Below are positions 59,656-64,000 of a stretch of 64,000 bases of DNA, piece by piece. The DNA comes from Bryobacterales bacterium (GTDB taxonomy: Bacteria > Acidobacteriota > Terriglobia > Bryobacterales > UBA6623), in the NCBI GenBank assembly GCA_963422375.2, contig OY729428.2:2112001-2176000 (forward strand), written 5' to 3'. The stretch's first letter is position 1. The number at the start of each line of letters is the position of its first letter. The translations under genes were made by a program, and so were the position numbers. A model generated the notes under the pieces. That model made no database searches, was not told the origin of the DNA, and saw only the letters and a program-made list of their open reading frames with translations.

Positions 59656-62247
59656 CTAGCGACTCGGCTCCAAGTCGCGCCAGTTCGGACCGGTCTTGAT
59701 GTCGGCAACAAGAGGCACATCCAGGTGGGCGGCGGACTCCATCTCGCCCTTGACAAGCGCGCTGACGGTCGCCACCTCGCCCTCGGGCGCTTCGATCAGC
59801 AGCTCGTCGTGGACCTGCAGGAGCATCCGGGACTCGAGGCCGCCCTGGCGCAGGGCGGCGTCCGTGGCCACCATGGCCTTCTTGATCAGGTCCGCTGCGG
59901 TGCCTTGAATCGGCGAGTTCTGCGCGATCCTGGCCGCCAGGCCCCGGGCCGAGGCGTTCCTGCTGTCGAGGTCCGGCACGGGCCGCCGACGGCCGAACAG
60001 CGTGCGGCTGTATCCGGTTTCCCGGGTGCTCTCGACCACCTCGCCGAGGAATGCCTTGATAGTTCCGTACCTCTCGAAATACAGGTCGATGTATTCGCGG
60101 GCGTTACGCTGCGGGATGCCTAGCTGCTTGGCCAACCCGAACGGGCTGAGACCGTAGATGATGCCGAAGTTCACCGCCTTCGCCTTGTAGCGCTCGTCGG
60201 GGCCGACCAGCTCGGGGGCGACGCCGAGGACCTCCGCTGCGGTGCGCGCGTGGATGTCGGCGCCGCTGTGGAATGCATCCAGCAGCTTCGGATCTCCGGA
60301 CATGTGCGCCAGCACGCGCAACTCGATCTGCGAATAGTCCGCAGCCACCAGCCGCCAGCCGGGGCGGGCCGTGAACGCCTTCCGTATCTCGCGCCCGAGT
60401 TCCGTCCGCGCGGGAATGTTCTGCAGGTTCGGACTGAGCGACGAGAGCCGTCCGGTCGCCGACCCGGTCGGGTTGAAGGTCGTGTGGAGGCGGCCGTCGG
60501 GGCCCACCATATCGGGCAGCACGTCGACGTACGTGTTCTTCAGCTTCGTGTGCTGGCGCCAGTCCAGCACCATCGACGCGATTGGGTGGCGGCTCGCCAG
60601 GCCCTCGAGGATGTCGGAAGCGGTCGAGGGAGCCTTCGTCTTCCCGCGCCTCGGCGGCTGGGGCAGGCCAAGGTCGCCGTACAGAACCTCGCCCAGCTGC
60701 TTTGGCGAGCCGATGTTGAACGAACGACCCGCCAGGTCGTGAATCTCCGAGCCGAGATCCGAGATGCTCCCGGCCAGACGGGCCGACAGGTCCTCCAGGA
60801 CCGCGCGGTCCAGCAGGACCCCGACGCTCTCCATGCGGGCCAGCACCGGAGCCAGCGGGAGCTCGATCGTCTCGTAGATGTCGCGCAGTTCGGCCTCGTC
60901 CAGTTCCTTGCGGAGCTGCTCGCGGAGCGTTCTCGTCTGGTGCGCGGCGAGCGCGGCGTCGGGCTTCCACGGGACCCCCAGCCGGCGTTCGACGGTCTTC
61001 TGCAAGGAATAGTTGGTGCGGCTGGAGTCGAGCAGGAAGGCCATCAGCATCGTGTCGTCCGAAGCGTCCGGGCACTCGCCGCCGAAATCCCGGAACGCGT
61101 GAATCGCCGACTTCCAGTCATGCACGGCGACCTCGCGCCCGCTCGCTTCCAGCAACGGCTTGATACCGGTCGCGAGATCTCTAGGAGCCACCCATGCCTC
61201 GCCCTCCCGGTCGCAGAGCCCGATGACCCCGGACTCACCGCTCCGGGCCGGCTCGCCCGCGTGGTCCGGCACCGCTATCGACACGGTCCCGTCGGACCCT
61301 TCCAGCCACTCGGCGAGCCGCTCGGCCGACTTGAACTCTCCGATGTTCGCGGCGGCGGCGGCCTGTCCGGCCGACGCCTCCAGCGTGCTGGCGAGGCTGT
61401 TGAACTCGAGCTCGCGGTAGAGCGCGAGCAGGCCCTCGCTGTCCGGATCCGCGTGCTTTAGCGCGCCGAGGTCCAGATCCAAGCTGCCGCCTAGGTCGAG
61501 CGACGCCAGGCGCTTGCTCAAACGGATCTGGTCGGCGTTGTTCTGCAGGCTCTCCCTGTACGCCTTCCGCCGCACTTCGGCTGCATGCGCGATGATGCTC
61601 TCGATGTCGCCGTAGGCCTCGATGAGCTGCTTGGCGCCCTTGTCGCCGATTCCGGGCGCGCCGGGGATGTTGTCGACCGCGTCGCCCTTCAGCGCCAGGA
61701 AGTCGGCGACGTGCCGGGCCTTGACCCCGAGGTAGGCCTCGACCTCGGCGTCCCGGAACTCCCTTGCGGTCATCGGGTTCAGCATCACCACGCCGTCGCG
61801 AACCAGCTGCATCAGGTCCTTGTCCGAGGAGACGATCCAGACCTCCAAGTCCCCCGGGCCGGCTTGGAGGGCAAGCCGGCCGATCGTGTCGTCGGCCTCG
61901 AATCCGTCCTCGGCGAGAACCGCTACGCTCCAGGCCTCGAGCAGCCTGCGGATATACGGCAGCTGGGTGGCCAGGTCCTCCGGCATGCGGTCGCGGTTCG
62001 CCTTGTACTCCGGGAATATCCGCTCGCGAAAGGTCGGTCCGCGCCCCTCCCAGACGGCCGCGATGTAGTCGGGGCGGTGCTCCTCGAGCAGCCGCTTGAG
62101 CATGTTGTTGAAGACGTAGACAGCCTCGGTCGGAAGGCCCGCCGACGTTCGCAGGCTCGGCACGGTCGCCCGGGCGCGGCCGTGGTAGGCGCGAAAAATC
62201 AGGCCAAAGGTGTCGACAAGGAACAGACGGGGGGGGATCAGGCTCAC
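59656..62247 (-). CDS. polA: DNA polymerase I
   Basis: 5' nuclease (YKANR, EADD, SSDKD, GDAVDNIPG) and polymerase motifs DYSQIELR, KAVNFGIIYG and QVHDEL; GTG start at 62247. Confidence 0.97.
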   Translation of the reverse strand: MSLIPPRLFLVDTFGLIFRAYHGRARATVPSLRTSAGLPTEAVYVFNNMLKRLLEEHRPDYIAAVWEGRGPTFRERIFPEYKANRDRMPEDLATQLPYIRRLLEAWSVAVLAEDGFEADDTIGRLALQAGPGDLEVWIVSSDKDLMQLVRDGVVMLNPMTAREFRDAEVEAYLGVKARHVADFLALKGDAVDNIPGAPGIGDKGAKQLIEAYGDIESIIAHAAEVRRKAYRESLQNNADQIRLSKRLASLDLGGSLDLDLGALKHADPDSEGLLALYRELEFNSLASTLEASAGQAAAAANIGEFKSAERLAEWLEGSDGTVSIAVPDHAGEPARSGESGVIGLCDREGEAWVAPRDLATGIKPLLEASGREVAVHDWKSAIHAFRDFGGECPDASDDTMLMAFLLDSSRTNYSLQKTVERRLGVPWKPDAALAAHQTRTLREQLRKELDEAELRDIYETIELPLAPVLARMESVGVLLDRAVLEDLSARLAGSISDLGSEIHDLAGRSFNIGSPKQLGEVLYGDLGLPQPPRRGKTKAPSTASDILEGLASRHPIASMVLDWRQHTKLKNTYVDVLPDMVGPDGRLHTTFNPTGSATGRLSSLSPNLQNIPARTELGREIRKAFTARPGWRLVAADYSQIELRVLAHMSGDPKLLDAFHSGADIHARTAAEVLGVAPELVGPDERYKAKAVNFGIIYGLSPFGLAKQLGIPQRNAREYIDLYFERYGTIKAFLGEVVESTRETGYSRTLFGRRRPVPDLDSRNASARGLAARIAQNSPIQGTAADLIKKAMVATDAALRQGGLESRMLLQVHDELLIEAPEGEVATVSALVKGEMESAAHLDVPLVADIKTGPNWRDLEPSR

Positions 62248-62358
62248 TAGCGACTCAGTGTAGTGCTTCGCTCGGTCTCCCGGCGGCGGCAGGGCGTCCC
62301 TCGGACCTTCCTCCAGCCTGGGTGCAATACTAGGATGTAGGAGATTCTCGCAGCAGTC

Positions 62359-63303
62359 ATGATCAAGCCGACCGCCAAGATCTGGCACAACGGCAACCTA
62401 ATCGCCTGGGACGACGCCAAGGTGCATGTGCTTACGCACGCGCTGCACTATGGCACCAGCGTGTTCGAGGGCATCCGCTGCTACGACACGCGGAAGGGCC
62501 CGCGCATCTTCCGCCTAGCCGAGCACGTGCGCAGGATGTTCGACTCCGCCAAGATCTACCGGATGATCGACTTGGGATTCTCGCGGCACGAGATCGAGCA
62601 GGCCTGCAAGGAGGTCACGGCGGTCAACGGCCTCTCCTCCTGCTATATCCGTCCGATCGCGTTCCGCGGTTTCGGCGATGTCGGCGTGCGTTCGCTCGGC
62701 AATCCGATTGAGATCTACATTGCCTGCTGGGAATGGGGCCGCTACCTCGGGGCGTCCGCGCTGGAGGAAGGCGTGGGGGTGTGTGTCTCCTCGTGGACCA
62801 GAATCGCCCCGAACACCCTCCCCGCGATCGCGAAGGTCGCCGCGAACTACATGAACTCCCAGCTGATCCTGATGGAGGCGAACCTGCACGGCTACACGGA
62901 GGGCATCGCCCTGGACGCCGCCGGGTATGTCTCGGAGGGCAGCGGGGAGAACATCTTCCTAGTGCGGGACGGGATCATTTACACGCCCCCCTTGGGCACG
63001 TCGGTGCTACCGGGGATCACCCGCGATTCCGTCCTCCGCCTCGCCACGGACCTGGGCTACCAGTTGAGGGAGCAGGCCATCCCGCGCGAGTGGCTCTACA
63101 TCGCCGACGAGCTGTTCTTCACCGGCACGGCGGCCGAGGTCACCCCGATCCGCTCGGTCGACAAGATCGAGGTCGGCAGCGGGCGGCGCGGGCCGATCAC
63201 CGAGCACATCCAGTCGGAGTTCCTTGCCATCACCAAGGGCGCGATTGACGACCGCTACGGCTGGCTGAGCCGCGTCGAGGCCCCCGCGTCCGCGGCAGCG
63301 TAG
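62359..63303 (+). CDS. ilvE: Branched-chain amino acid aminotransferase
   Basis: LHYGTSVFEG, YIRP, AKVAANY, EGSGENIF, LPGITR, GTAAEVTP. Confidence 0.96.
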   Translation: MIKPTAKIWHNGNLIAWDDAKVHVLTHALHYGTSVFEGIRCYDTRKGPRIFRLAEHVRRMFDSAKIYRMIDLGFSRHEIEQACKEVTAVNGLSSCYIRPIAFRGFGDVGVRSLGNPIEIYIACWEWGRYLGASALEEGVGVCVSSWTRIAPNTLPAIAKVAANYMNSQLILMEANLHGYTEGIALDAAGYVSEGSGENIFLVRDGIIYTPPLGTSVLPGITRDSVLRLATDLGYQLREQAIPREWLYIADELFFTGTAAEVTPIRSVDKIEVGSGRRGPITEHIQSEFLAITKGAIDDRYGWLSRVEAPASAAA

Positions 63304-63317
63304 ATCGGGCCGGTCGC

Positions 63318-64000
63318 TTGCCTGCCGATTCCAGCCCGGGCGACGGCGCCCGGCACTGGCTGCCAGCCGGGACCGGCCCCGGCCAGATCGAGCCGGCCCG
63401 CATTCCGGCCAGCCCGGTTTGCGATCCGGCAGGCGTAACCGTCGACGCGGCCGGCCGGGTGGTCAGGCCGCCCCGCCCCAGCCGCTTGTGGGTCAACGGC
63501 GCACTGTACGTCGCCACGGTGCTGACCACGAGCTTTCTCGTCTCGCCCGTTTACTCGGCTTGCCTGATGGCGATCCTGACCGCGCACGAGTTCGGACACT
63601 ACCTCGCCGCCCGCCACTACGGTGTCCCAGCCTCGCTGCCGTATTTCCTTCCGGCCCCCTTTTTCTTCGGCACTTTCGGTGCGTTCATCCGGATGTCCCC
63701 TCAGGTGCCGGACCGGCGGGCGCTGTTCGATATCGCTGCCGCCGGCCCGCTCGCAGGCGCCGTGCTGGCGCTGCCGATCACCTTCGTCGGGATCCTGCAG
63801 GGAGAAATCGTGCCGATCGAGGCCGGCCAATCCACGGTCATGCTGGGAGACTCGCTGCTGATGCTCGCATTCGAGCGGGTCGTGTTCGGTCCCAGGCTCG
63901 AAGGGACGACCCTGCTGATCGGCGAGGTCGGATTCGCGGGATGGGTCGGCCTGTTCGTGACCGGCCTCAACCTCCTGCCGATCGGGCAGCTGGACGGCGG
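63318..64000 (+). CDS. Site-2 protease (M50) family membrane metalloprotease, 3' partial
   Basis: Open frame from TTG 63318 with HEFGH, GTFGAFI, AAAGPLAG and NLLPIGQLDG; absent from the ORF track because it has no stop in the window. Confidence 0.92.
   Translation, partial: MPADSSPGDGARHWLPAGTGPGQIEPARIPASPVCDPAGVTVDAAGRVVRPPRPSRLWVNGALYVATVLTTSFLVSPVYSACLMAILTAHEFGHYLAARHYGVPASLPYFLPAPFFFGTFGAFIRMSPQVPDRRALFDIAAAGPLAGAVLALPITFVGILQGEIVPIEAGQSTVMLGDSLLMLAFERVVFGPRLEGTTLLIGEVGFAGWVGLFVTGLNLLPIGQLDG

Overview
High-GC bacterial chromosome segment, probably Acidobacteriota (Bryobacteraceae-like). This is inferred from the tmRNA tag ANDLQFAHAA and from the sulfatase, DUF1553, DUF1592, DUF1552 and DUF1501 content. 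Housekeeping genes include nadC, a panE-like gene, rluB, ssrA, dgt, tRNA-Asp, polA and ilvE. They are interspersed with transporters, three sulfatase-family genes, an RND efflux operon, and a 12 kb cluster of planctomycete-type cytochrome c/DUF genes that contains an exported HNH-ComEA fusion nuclease. Three decayed IS elements with recognisable inverted ends are present (two IS1595-family, one ISNCY-like), plus a truncated IS1595 left end. The most striking signal is inside the IS elements. Their interiors are much more GC-rich than host genes, and conserved residues appear repeatedly altered by T>C/A>G changes, while the element ends stay AT-richer. This suggests repeat-directed AT>GC mutagenesis or conversion. 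The window also shows short tandem duplications, in-frame deletions and a quasi-palindrome-type mutation, consistent with ongoing gene erosion. No CRISPR array, reverse transcriptase or prophage was seen. Family assignments come from motif recognition, not database searches.
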